From the NCBI GenBank assembly GCA_002811645.1, contig PDIP01000087.1, forward strand, positions 75,678 through 139,677: a stretch of 64,000 bases of DNA, read 5' to 3'. Both the position numbers and the translations under genes were made by a program. Under the pieces are notes generated by a model. It was not told where the DNA came from. It did no database searches and saw only the letters and a list, made by a program, of their open reading frames with translations. This DNA is from Corallochytrium limacisporum Hawaii. Its lineage: Eukaryota; Protista; Pluriformea. Shown here one piece after another: positions 46,201-55,909 of this stretch (the first letter of the stretch is position 1; each line of letters starts with the position of its first letter).

Positions 46201-46493
46201 ACCCGCTGATGAGCATGGTGCCGTTCTTGGTCCATGTGCAGGCCACTTTCCGCCTCGCTCAGCTCCGAAGGGGAATAGTCGTCGCCCTTGGGTAAATTGG
46301 CGACGCCGCCGCTCTGACTAGGCTTTGCTCCATTCTTCTCCGGCGAGCCAAGGCGCTGCTCGTCGATGGGCCGGACCTGCTGTTCAATTGCTGATTCGTG
46401 GTCATCGGCATTAAGGTGCTGCTGTTTCTGCTTCGGAGATGTGACCGTCGGGTCATTCCCGTTGGAAGACTCAAGGGAAGTGCCCGGTGCCAT
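43203..46493 (-). CDS. Glycerol-3-phosphate acyltransferase (GPAM/PlsB/GNPAT family) with a long disordered N-terminus
   Basis: Acyltransferase motifs PTHKSHIDY, GALFIRR, FIEGGRSRSGKLLPP and VPIALCYDRI; one hydrophobic helix upstream; the first ATG is at 46493. Confidence 0.9.
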   Translation of the reverse strand: MAPGTSLESSNGNDPTVTSPKQKQQHLNADDHESAIEQQVRPIDEQRLGSPEKNGAKPSQSGGVANLPKGDDYSPSELSEAESGLHMDQERHHAHQRVDTEDEDMEETDGSSSQHHHGDEALREAVRRSFEANGNKQDEENGEKNTTAHVGGTRGHTATPSSQHQQQNGFQPLDERAAGSGQQRGSLAQRAYHSVLTTVAPAIHVASQALSSMENQVYTALGDEAPNSPRSTAEGSQQSPRGGPRTNTGFSVGSSTMTSDHEGSEIDMLSPKSAAAPHFRSASMTGRSGSSGKSPVSHKRSRSMTPISRSYSPHGNLNRLKEAEAPAGRGFIGWILSAIYSLTLLSWVGWFFKLVLKYVASDIYWAAFDSYHCDWRPLTSEQRRIVMESVVTRDEVSEAIGYHSDHSIRRLRRNNSEIFNSNPSGNPGSVPESPLGTPRRNRKRLRKAYEIMDVMIAQTNMIAMRVFVWMLRKAWRAFYVFGVHYDEDEVERLREAMAKGPVILMPTHKSHIDYLMMLSFCYEHNLPMPAVVAGDNLNMPGIGRMLRAGGALFIRRNFMQDSDPLYYIVFRNVVKELISAGENIEVFIEGGRSRSGKLLPPRIGVLRTIVDAVTDGTVPDVQLVPIALCYDRIVENESHVLELAGGQKTKETTAQTLRNVLTMMTNAYTEVNTFGRVDIRIAQPFSLRGYMQQFARERNWEDVMTAESKKHLSFAVGYRALYEMNKASVVSCAALVATVLLTHYQRALKKHTLLREVHWLSDLISARGGRVQPITDDNINLVISLVLEKIVGNNQLVKRHKDRFMLKLYNPRERLELSLYRNQLIHYFVAEGLVACAIYSIEKRDGGLAQPCDADIHTIEKRVRFLANMLKYEFVYKPSPNVTEDVQDTARQMERFGVLKKADDGIYRVNEDPTTATGGQRTNPDELEAPGTATYLFFCSLFWHFIDSYFLTALTLYTILPNQAITAEALISRIQAVGENMYFEGQLDLFEAVAKDTIANALNLFENWKVIEYVRVEGTVTKGAPQRIVRLCHDYDNEEALTELINKISVYRKTCRAFRSRRYRARGMMNPMLTAMRTALEEKSQWRDKVLTSKSG

Positions 46494-48398
46494 CCTGGCG
46501 TACAAGTCCTCTTCCCTAGGAATGGTTGCTGTGTATTTGTAATGCAACGAATTGGGAACTGAACCCAAAAGGAGTCAAGACCCGAGGTGTGCGTACAACA
46601 ATAATCGTAGCAGATGCGGAAAAAAAGAAACCAACCAACCGGTCGAAGTCCCGTTGTGACACTGAGTATGAAAGTGATTGGAGTGGGGTGTGCGAACTTG
46701 TGGCCCTTCCGTACCGTGTCGTGCTATTTTAAGGTAGATGCTGGAGGGCAATAAAACCTCCTCCGTCCTAACTCTTCAGATGTACCTTCGCCACTATCTA
46801 ATTATCCCGCATAAGATAGTAAAACTGACTCTACAGAGCATGACCCTGACCAAAAGTGTGCCCGCGTAACATCCTCACTCGGGCTTTCGAATCGATCTTG
46901 GTGTACGTGCGTGCGTGCGTGCGTGCGTGTGTATTCTTGGCCATCGTCGTGGTTTTTCTCAGTTCCGTGGTTTCCGTGTTTCCCAAAAATCGAAAAAAAA
47001 AGGAAAAAAAGCAGAGAACCGCAGGGACAACACCGGGCCAAAAGAAAAAAAGAGAGAGAAAAAGACAAGGGAAATGGAATAAAAGGAAAAGGAAGAAATG
47101 GAGAAGGAGGGCCAAATGAGAGATAAAGAAAGAAAAGAAAGAAAGAAGGAAAGAAAACTTTCACTTTCTTTTCTCGGAAAAAAAAAGCCGAAACAAAAAC
47201 CATAAAAAAGACCAACCAAGAAATACTTGGACCGGTCTCGGTGGTGGGCGGGTTTTGGCTGGTCCCAAATTGCGCGGTTGCGGCGGGCTTTGGGTGGGTG
47301 TGGGTGAGAGGAAGGGGGGGGAAGGATCGGTGGCTGTGAAGTGAAGTCTCACACGCAAGCAAAGCAAGCACGCACGAAGAAGTAGGGAAAATATCCAAAG
47401 AAAAAAGAAAAAACCAGAGAGACCGCAGCCACACAGAGCGAGAGAGAGAGAGAGAGAGACAGAGCAGAGAAAAAAAAATAACGTTTTCCCAGTCACACAG
47501 GACCGCACCCTTCCGTTTTTTTCCGTACCATCCCCGGGGGGGGGAGGGGTTCCCCTTCCCTGCCCTTCCACTCAAACCTCCCTCTTTTTTCACTGTTTCG
47601 TTTGTTTCACTTTTCCTTTCCAGAGTTTTCTGTCTTTCTTTTTTTTGGTGAAAAACCAAGGGAAAGGAAGGGAAAGAGACCAAAAGAAAAACCAAATCCT
47701 GCCCAAAGACCCAAAGAGCAAAAAGGAAGAAAAAAGGGACGAAAAATCCAAAAAAATCCCGCTGACGCCCCTTTTTGTGATGACGGGACACATCGCAAGA
47801 CACAGAGACACACACACACACAGAGACACACACAGAGACACAGAGAGAGAGAGAGTGTGTGTGTTCAGCCCCTGTGAGGTCTCTCACCGCCCAAACGCGG
47901 CAACGAAAGTGACGGCACGGTTGGATATCTCTATATTAAATGTACTGAGGTTACCGATGGTGACCTTGGTAAGATGCTCGCATGACGTGTGTCTTCCACC
48001 CCCCCTTTCTTCTCCCCATCTGTGGATCAGTTCGGATTCCTTAGGTATATGACAATTACTGCAATCTTAGTCCATGCAACATAATTTCTCCCCCCACCCC
48101 CCCCCTTTTTCTCTTCTGCGCAGTTTTAGTTTTCTTTGGTAGCGCGTCAGTGCGAAAGAATTCATATACATAAAACACCGGGAAGTGTGGCGTGACTTCC
48201 CACACGGTGAAACCCTGAGCTTCAGGGAAAGGAAAGAGCTGGGAAAGAGAGAGAAAGAGAAAAGAAAAATGGGAAAAAGAAATTTCAAAAGGTCCAAGCT
48301 TTCAGCAGCAGCAGCAGCAAAGCGACAGGCCGGCAGAGAAGAGAAGGGGGGGGGGGGGGGGGGAGGTTAGAACGTCGTCGTCTGCCTTTTGAAAAAGG

Positions 48399-48496
48399 NN
48401 NNNNNNNNNNNNNNNNNNNNNNNNNNNNNNNNNNNNNNNNNNNNNNNNNNNNNNNNNNNNNNNNNNNNNNNNNNNNNNNNNNNNNNNNNNNNNNNN
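48399..48496. other. Assembly gap with the same ~38-nt sequence on both sides
   Basis: GAGGTTAGAACGTCGTCGTCTGCCTTTTGAAAAAGG occurs before and after the N run. Confidence 0.9.
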
Positions 48497-49266
48497 GGGG
48501 GGGGGAGGGGGAGAGGTTAGAACGTCGTCGTCTGCCTTTTGAAAAAGGGGGGGCGGGGCGTGCGTGCCTGCCTGGCGTGCTGCAGTTATGGCGTGCGGGC
48601 GTGTGTGTACGTGTCTCTGCGAGTGCGTGTGCCATGGCGCCGACCGAGGTATCTCTTCTGAGAGATGGAAGAAATCAAACAAACTCGTCAGAGTCACAAT
48701 GTCAGTAGTGAATGTACCACAGAAAATTTACAAGGCCCATGACGACAGAAGGAAATTGGGAAGAGAGTGCGCGGCAGACACCGATGATCTGTCCTTAATT
48801 ATCGTTTCCCTTACCCATTGATCATACATTCAGTATGAAACATCCTGCTTTCGTGAACATCTCGATCTCAGCATGATCAGAACCCGTCCCCTTGGTTGGC
48901 GCGCCCACCCTCCCCTTACCCCCATCGGCCGCTCCCTTCCCATACTGAAAGTACCGCTCCCCTCACCTTCTCTGGTCCTCCTTTCAGCCAATCGCCAACG
49001 TCGTATCACAGGCGACAGGTAAGCGAAATAGCGGCAGAAAAAATACCGGCCAAAAGCAATAACAAAAAGGCCAAGGAAGGAAAGGAAAAAAAAAAGAAAG
49101 TGTGGAGCATTGGCTATTGAGGCAGTTTTTGTGGGGGCTTTTGCAGTATATTTTATACGGCATAAAGAGCAAATGGTTGCGGGCCTTTTGGGTGTTTTCT
49201 GATTCACACAACCACCCGACCCCGCCCGGGCCCGATCGGCGGTGGTTTGGGGGAGGTGGGGGGGGG

Positions 49267-49314
49267 NNNNNNNNNNNNNNNNNNNNNNNNNNNNNNNNNN
49301 NNNNNNNNNNNNNN
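49267..49314. other. Assembly gap
   Basis: N run within G tracts. Confidence 0.99.
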
Positions 49315-50561
49315 GGGGGGGAGTAGTGGAGAAGGGGGGGCTCAGGTAAAAGAAAGACGTTTGGTCGCGCAGTACGACACGCACCGGCGGAGGCTATTTT
49401 TGTATCCGAATCGTCCTCTTCCATCTCGTTCTGCGTGTTTGGCTTCCGGGCGAGCGATAGGTGAAGTAATCCACACCACCGCATTCGTCCGGTACATTTG
49501 CTATATGATCTCTTCATCGCACACCGATTACTACGGAATGACCGATTTTCGGGCCGTCCCAACGTCTTCATCAGCTGGTGTGAGTGATGAAGTTTCGCTT
49601 GCTTAGATGATGTGATCTGGCCCAGCTTTTTAATTGGCTGTTTGGTTGTGTTGGGCCTCCTAGGACAAAAACGCGAGTAGTAGGACCATGACATGATGCT
49701 GCGTTGGAGCATAACGTTCATGCTTTGCTGTGGACCAATAACACGCCCAGTGGCAACCGATAGGGACCAGGATGCAACAACGATCACGGAAAACAAGTGG
49801 GTTAGTGGTGTCTTGTCGTTTTGGGACATCTAAGCATGGTAAGAGATTTGGTGAACTTCTTAGAACTCAGTTGGTTGGTGTCTATTGACTTTCGCGGGAG
49901 CGCCATCGGAGAGCCGATGAGGTGATGGTTGGCCTGAGTGAGACGGTACTGGGCAATCAGCAGAGACCGAACATGCACTCTTGACATGGATTCAGGTACT
50001 AAAGAGGGGATTGAGCGCAACTAGTTTCCTGCTTCCAGTATGCGAGAGCCCTAGGATCGGCCGAGTCTGGGGCCTGAACCTGCTAGGGACCTATGATCAA
50101 TAAAATATAACATCCAGTAGTTTTTAATGGTGAAATAGTCTATATTGATAAATATGGAATTTTACCGGGAATCACGTCCTGGAAAGTACCAAGCCGTTAA
50201 ATAAATCAATTTTTCATGAGTGTTGCGTACGCGTCCGCGCCAGGCAAACCGGCCCCCCCCCCCCGGTGGGGTTCTGCGGGCTTTCCACCAGTCCACCATT
50301 GCCAGAGAGTGGCTGGAGGGAAGGGGGGGGGCCCGGGGCTAGTGTTTGCGAAGGGGAAAAAGCGGGGTTCACGAAACGAACGGAAAGGAGGGAGCGAGAG
50401 AGTCCGTTCCGGGTGGTAGCGCGATCGCCTATCATTGCGACCGACCAAAGAAAACACCCGTGTACACAAACTCTTCTCGTTTCGGGTGGGTAGGGGGAGG
50501 ATCGGCGGGGTTGTCTCTCGATTCTCCTGCTTCTCCAGTGAGAGAGAGAGGAACGAAAAGA

Positions 50562-50564
<3 letters not shown>

Positions 50565-50596
<32 letters not shown>
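50565..50596. repeat. (AC)16 microsatellite
   Basis: Read directly from the sequence. Confidence 0.95.
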
Positions 50597-50599
<3 letters not shown>

Positions 50600-50764
50600 G
50601 GGAGGATGCTGACAGCGGACCGGTGGCTATAACGGCCATTCTTGAGAACACCCTCCCCCTCCCCTTCCCTTTCCTCTTTCGTGTGGAATGTCGGAGGGAA
50701 GGTTGGATCCGGGACGTGTGAACGTGTGTGGATGTTTGTGTGCGCGTTTCTTGTGGGTAGTTGA

Positions 50765-51625
50765 ATGTTCAGAAGTGTGGGCGAGATGGAAATTATAACA
50801 AACCAAGAGAAGTTCAGTGGCATGACACAGCAGCAGCATACCATGGCAACAGTGGCCCCGGGAGCGATGACGGAATCTCCGCGACAGCGGGTGATCAATC
50901 TGAGCGAGACAGTAAGTCTGCAACAAATCAGAAACAAGCTCATTGAATTAGAGGACACGATTATGCGGGGCCTGATGGAACGTGCGCAATACAAACTGAA
51001 TGCCAAGGCCTACGTTTCCGGAGGTGACGGTGTCGAGATCAACGGCTCCAAAGAGGTATCCTACTTTGACTACCTTTTCAAGCAGACGGAGCAAGTACAT
51101 CGTGCCGCGGGTCGATTCCAAAGCTTCGATAGCAAGCCATTCTACAGATCAAAGACGCAGAGTCGGTTAATTCTTCGGGGAGATCATGTTCCCGACGACA
51201 TGCTCGACACCCGTCTGAATGCCACTTTCTTGGTAAAGATGAACTACCTGAATGGTTTGCACATCCTCTGCGAGGACGGTGATGACAATCAATACGGCGA
51301 CGCAATTGTGCGTGATATTATGAATCTGCAGGCCATTTCGCAGCGCGTCCACTACGGAGCAGCGGTCATGGAGGCCAAGTATGCTCAGGACCCGGAGGGC
51401 TACCAGAAACTACTCAGGGAACGTGACGACCTGGGAATCTTTGCGAAACTGCGTGATGTGGCAGTGGAAAAGAAGGTCCTGGAACGCGTCTGGAAGAAAG
51501 CAGAACGGATAGGATTGCAACCCGAATTCATCGTCCAATTCTACGAGCGGCACATCATTCCGTTGACCATTCAGGTCGAAGTGGATTACCTCTTCCTGAA
51601 GTGGGAGAGGATGAGCATGGAATAG
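50765..51625 (+). CDS. ARO7: Eukaryotic chorismate mutase (AroQ, Aro7-type)
   Basis: L..IR..LI.LEDTI...L.ERAQ, D..NLQAISQRVHYG..V.EAK, AVEKKVLERV and IIPLT..VEV.YL; the start may be at 50786 or 50822. Confidence 0.92.
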   Translation: MFRSVGEMEIITNQEKFSGMTQQQHTMATVAPGAMTESPRQRVINLSETVSLQQIRNKLIELEDTIMRGLMERAQYKLNAKAYVSGGDGVEINGSKEVSYFDYLFKQTEQVHRAAGRFQSFDSKPFYRSKTQSRLILRGDHVPDDMLDTRLNATFLVKMNYLNGLHILCEDGDDNQYGDAIVRDIMNLQAISQRVHYGAAVMEAKYAQDPEGYQKLLRERDDLGIFAKLRDVAVEKKVLERVWKKAERIGLQPEFIVQFYERHIIPLTIQVEVDYLFLKWERMSME

Positions 51626-51824
51626 GTACCATGAGCATGCTCAGTGGCATTCTGGGACGACATCCACGTCCTTCTCTAAGCATCCTGCTCTTTGTTCCTA
51701 TCATCCAGTCAATCCTTGTACATGAAATAGAAAAACTTAGACGGCTGCATCCTATCGCATCATTGGTCTATTAAATTTAATCTTGTGGTTGCGTGTCCCC
51801 AAGCTTGCCACACTTGTCTCTCGT

Positions 51825-52625
51825 TTACTGTTCAGTGGTGCCGCCTAGCTTCTGTTTCTTTTTCAATCCTTGACGCTCTTGCATCTCTGCCAACACAGAC
51901 CGCGTGGCACTGTCCTGCGTCGCCGGCGTCTCACCAGAGTTGTTGCAATTGCCGCATTTAGTATGCCTCGGTTCTACCTGCGCCGTCCGTACATGGCGAC
52001 ATGCTGCTCCAAGATCCACCGCAGCGTCCGTGTACATTGTAAGCAACTCACTGACTGTGCGACGTCCGCCGTTCAGCGCCTCCAGCGCCTGCGCTGCTTG
52101 CGCCATAACTGCACTATGTCTCATCAAGTGGCTCTCTAACCGCCGCTGCTCAGTGAGAACCGATTGCAATCGCTCCGAAACGTCTCTTATTTCGCGGTCG
52201 ACAAGCTCATGAACTATTAGTGACTGAGATCCGTCCTGATCCGCGGTCAGGCGCTGAGAGACCTTCACATGGTCGTGGACAACCGCACTACGGTGCACAT
52301 CTATGACCGCTGCCCGCAGCGGTTCTGTGATCTCTTCGACTGCAGTGGTTATCGAAACGTCGGAGGCCTGTGCTAACAGCGCTCGGCTGCGCATGTCACT
52401 GATCCGTGCCAATGCCCTATCAATAGAGCCCTGAGGCAGAGAACCGCTGCCTTCACCGCAGTTGGTACCATGCGTGCCGGAATCTTTGCCCGCAATTTCC
52501 GACGCTTTGATATCTACGCTAAGATCAGTTCGACATTTTCGCAGCACATCAGTCCATGCCTTGCTGCGTTGCTTCAGGGTGCCTTCCGGCGTGTGTATCT
52601 TTTTGAGACTCTCTGCTTCCGTCAT
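51825..52625 (-). CDS. Hypothetical helical/coiled-coil protein
   Basis: 266-aa ATG-initiated ORF with amphipathic helices and a basic C-terminus (KKKQK); no family confidently recognised. Confidence 0.6.
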   Translation of the reverse strand: MTEAESLKKIHTPEGTLKQRSKAWTDVLRKCRTDLSVDIKASEIAGKDSGTHGTNCGEGSGSLPQGSIDRALARISDMRSRALLAQASDVSITTAVEEITEPLRAAVIDVHRSAVVHDHVKVSQRLTADQDGSQSLIVHELVDREIRDVSERLQSVLTEQRRLESHLMRHSAVMAQAAQALEALNGGRRTVSELLTMYTDAAVDLGAACRHVRTAQVEPRHTKCGNCNNSGETPATQDSATRSVLAEMQERQGLKKKQKLGGTTEQ

Positions 52626-53442
52626 GCCTCCAAATGGAATTCTCCTGGCAGGGGTGTCTAAATTACATGGTCATTACTCTAGCCCACTAGAGCATATTCA
52701 CGCACAATTCATGGTAAACAAAAACGATCCCAGAAATGGTACCAAAAAACTTAGCATTAGATCGGGGCATATGATTATCATCCTGCTGGCAGCAACTATC
52801 AACACTTCGTGTAGCCTCCTGTATACCTGCAAAGACGGTAACCGCACACCCCAAGAGGCACCCCCCGCCCTCCCAAAAGGGGCGCCAAAAGTTTACTGCT
52901 GGTTCGGTTTTAATGGTATCCGGAGGGTTTCCAGAAGCGGCATAAATCGGAGTCTATTTTAATATGAGCTAGAAGGGAGTCTAATTTTACTACTAGGTCA
53001 TCAATTCCCGGACCTGCCCGGGAATTCCCACACGGGAGCACCATTTTCGTCTCCTGAACAAGTTGGTGGCGCAGGAATGTGTCCAAAACTGATAAGCCCC
53101 CAAAAGCTGGGCAAAATGCGGTAGGTACCGGTATCACCGGAGGTTGTGGTAACCCCTTGCCCAGCTCCTCCTTCCTCTCCCCTCCCGTTGCACTATCTTG
53201 CTTGTTTGTGGCACTTTCGCGAATCTAGGCTTTCTCTCTCCAATTTCCCCATAGACTCCATGGGAAATGAATATCCGGTGTACCGCTTGTAATTTCAGTT
53301 GGTTTACTAAAAGATACCATGCCTAGCAAGTTTTTATCCGCATCCGGGAAGGTGGGCTTGGAGGAGAGAACACGAGTGGTGGGTTCGACAGACCCGCAGC
53401 GTGTTGATCATCCAAAACGGTGACCTTTGGGCGGATATTGTA

Positions 53443-53524
53443 CAATGCTATTGAAATGTCAATGATTGGCAAAAGTGTATGATCAATGATATTGAAATGC
53501 CAATGATTTGCAAAAGTGTATGAT
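53443..53524. repeat. 41-bp tandem duplication (2 copies, 3 mismatches)
   Basis: CAATGCTATTGAAATGTCAATGATTGGCAAAAGTGTATGAT followed by CAATGATATTGAAATGCCAATGATTTGCAAAAGTGTATGAT. Confidence 0.9.
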
Positions 53525-53569
53525 CAGGGCACAGTTTCAATCAGTCACATAGGTATTGTACAATTGGAA

Positions 53570-53601
53570 ACAATCTGAGGTAAGTACACAATCTGAGGTA
53601 A
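53570..53601. repeat. 14-nt direct repeat at 18-nt spacing
   Basis: ACAATCTGAGGTAA occurs twice. Confidence 0.8.
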
Positions 53602-54326
53602 AGCGTGGACAAATTTTCGTCACTATAGTCATGTGAATCCGTTGTCATTCGGGTTCGCATAGTAAGTGTATCTCTTAGTCAGAGGACGTCAGAGGACCAG
53701 TCTGTTTATACCACAGTTGGAAAAAATATCAACGACCCGTTTCGGATATGAGAGGGGAAGAAGCCATCCGTCTCAAGCGGAGAGCAACCGTAAGCTGGGC
53801 CACCTGAGGAAGTCGTTCACACGACACAAATTCAGACCGGTTTTCCTGGTCCTACCACAAAGAGCAAAAGCAGATTCGGCCCGCATTCAGGAGAGTATAG
53901 GTCTGGTGACGAAAAACAAAGGCGGTTTGGAACAGCATAGAGGCGAGAAGGATAGAGTAGGGTGCTTGTTCTGATACCGCATCTGGGAGCTCCTATAACT
54001 TCGTCACCCTGGACCCAACCCAAATGGGCTATGTCTATGTTCGTTAGCTTATCCTAAGCTTATCCTCCTGCTTCAGTTTTGTCATGATCCGTACGCATCC
54101 ACCTAGAGGACGCTTACATCTTACTCGGTCGAGCATGTGCAGATCAAATGTTGGCTGACACCTTCTGTATCACTTCGATCTTGTGTGCCTGAGCATAGAC
54201 AACAAGACCGTTCCATATCACTGCATGATAGATAGAGGAGGATTCCTGATGATGCTGGTGGCGGCAACTCTCTAGCCTTATTCAGAAATTGAGCCATGAA
54301 AACAAGATAAAAGGACACAACGAGAA

Positions 54327-54431
54327 AGGTATTTAAAGCCCCCGGAGGATCTTGACAAGATTTCGTATACAGATCAAAGCACCAAGTTATCAAAGATATC
54401 GTTAAATCGCTTTTAATACCAACTAATCAAA
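54327..54431 (+). promoter_or_regulatory. Conserved TATA-like/5'UTR cassette, copy 1
   Basis: AGGTATTTA...GAGGATC...ACAGATCAA shared with the region upstream of 63155. Confidence 0.6.
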
Positions 54432-54737
54432 ATGAAGGTCATCGGAGAAGTTCTTTTTATGCTTGCTGCCACAAGCAGCATGCTGCATACCGTGCAGGCC
54501 GACTTCCCCCGAAATGAGGTCGTCATTGGCACAACCGGTGCTGCGGTGATTGGCACCCCTGGAGTCGGCGTTGCCAGCCTCCCAGATGTTGCCATTGCCA
54601 GCGTTCTTGATGTAGGAGTTGCCAACAACTCTGAGGTTGGCGTCATCGGCATTACCATTCCCATTCCGGCCGAAATTGTTCTTGCTGATGGATCCACCAG
54701 AAAGTGCTGCCCCATCGGCTGCTGCTTCTGTTGCTAA
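54432..54737 (+). CDS. Secreted peptide precursor, family member 1 (octamer repeats plus C-terminal CCPIGCCFCC)
   Basis: Signal peptide MKVIGEVLFMLAATSSMLHTVQA, homologous to those at 59961 and 63155; repeats VGVASLPD/VAIASVLD/VGVANNSE/VGVIGITI. Confidence 0.8.
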   Translation: MKVIGEVLFMLAATSSMLHTVQADFPRNEVVIGTTGAAVIGTPGVGVASLPDVAIASVLDVGVANNSEVGVIGITIPIPAEIVLADGSTRKCCPIGCCFCC

Positions 54738-55261
54738 ATCTGTGACTAAGACAGGAGCACCCACTCAATGGTTTGTTAATGGTGGTTTTCTTTCGGTGTC
54801 ACCGTGACAAGCCCGATGAAGACGTACCGGGCTCGAGAATAATGGTGGTCGCCCGGTTTCGCCCGCCTCGACATGACTCCGGGTGCGAGGGACATGCACG
54901 ATTTCAAACTCGGCATCGTTCAGACCTCGACAATAGAGACTGTCCCTGCATGCACAGAGAGCATGGTCATCCACAGTTCCCTCGACTTTACAAAAACTTT
55001 GGTGCAAGCCGGGAATGACAGACGAGCTCACTCCGGCAACGCGAATTTTGAGGTTGCCACAGCCCGAAAGGAAACGACAACGAAACTGAACAAAGAACTT
55101 CATAAACGTCATTTACTTGATATGGAAAATTACCAACGTCCAGGCAAAATGCAATCTAGATATCGTATTCTTCTTCAGGGGTGTGTGCCATAATTTTTGG
55201 GGAAACGCAGGGTAACGACACGGCAGGAACTCACCACTGGGAAAGTGAACGGGGGCCTATT

Positions 55262-55909
55262 TTATGCACTCACCATCACCCATAGGTCAGCTGGTGGAAA
55301 CATACCGTAACGACGCGACGGGGGAGGGTGGGTGAAAGGGTTTAAGGTTTCAACGAGATCACTGAATGAAAGTACAATATTGATCGGTGCGGATTCTCTA
55401 ACAGGAACGTATTCAACAACTGCGTCATGCTCATTCAGTCTGTGAGCAGTCTGCCAGAGCTGCAAATCCAAGCTAGAACCCAAGAGGAGGGCCCTGACGT
55501 ACACGATTATGTTTAGCATGTCTAGGTTAGAAAGCAGGTGTTTCGAAGGAAGAAGGCTCGTGAGGGTTGATGATCGCATGCTTCCTATTCTATTACAGGG
55601 ATGACACTTTTGACTCCTGCATACTTGCCACTTTGCTTTTCTTCTCCAGCTTGGGACGAACTCCCACGTTGGACTGTCCGGGTTCAGGTCAACGTGCAGT
55701 TGACATCGGTGCAACTCGTGGTCGAGCAAGAAGGAGGATGGATGGAGGAAGTGGTTCTGGCAACACTTGTATACGTACCTGCAATCGCACTCAAAATCAA
55801 CCAAGACCACGTGTGGGATGTCCAGGTAAGCGATCGGTATACTCCTGGAGGGCAAACCTCCAAGATTGTAGACAGAGTCGGGTTTGCGATATGTATTGTT
55901 ACTCAACAC
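55262..55909 (-). pseudogene. Unidentified ORF or degenerate gene convergent with secreted gene 1
   Basis: 215 open codons without an ATG start; protein-like composition; weak similarity to the ORF at 61733-62014. Confidence 0.3.

Noticed and set aside
46802-47887. 361-aa Phe/Leu/Ser-rich minus-strand ORF
   Set aside because: Translation of A/G-rich simple sequence upstream of the acyltransferase gene
48361-48548. Direct repeat around the gap, a possible element end or array
   Set aside because: Most simply an unmerged contig overlap at a G homopolymer
51825-52625. Faint resemblance to augmin subunit HAUS8 (Y...A..L pattern)
   Set aside because: Generic coiled-coil similarity; it cannot be supported without a profile search
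53443-53601. Repeats as a CRISPR array or snoRNA
   Set aside because: Only two adjacent copies with no spacers, a eukaryotic context, and no recognisable rRNA guide before the CTGA motifs
54765-55112. Minus-strand ORF containing ATGAAGTTCTTTG like the start of secreted gene 2
   Set aside because: The match stops after 13 nt; no GE, SS or VQA and no hydrophobic core
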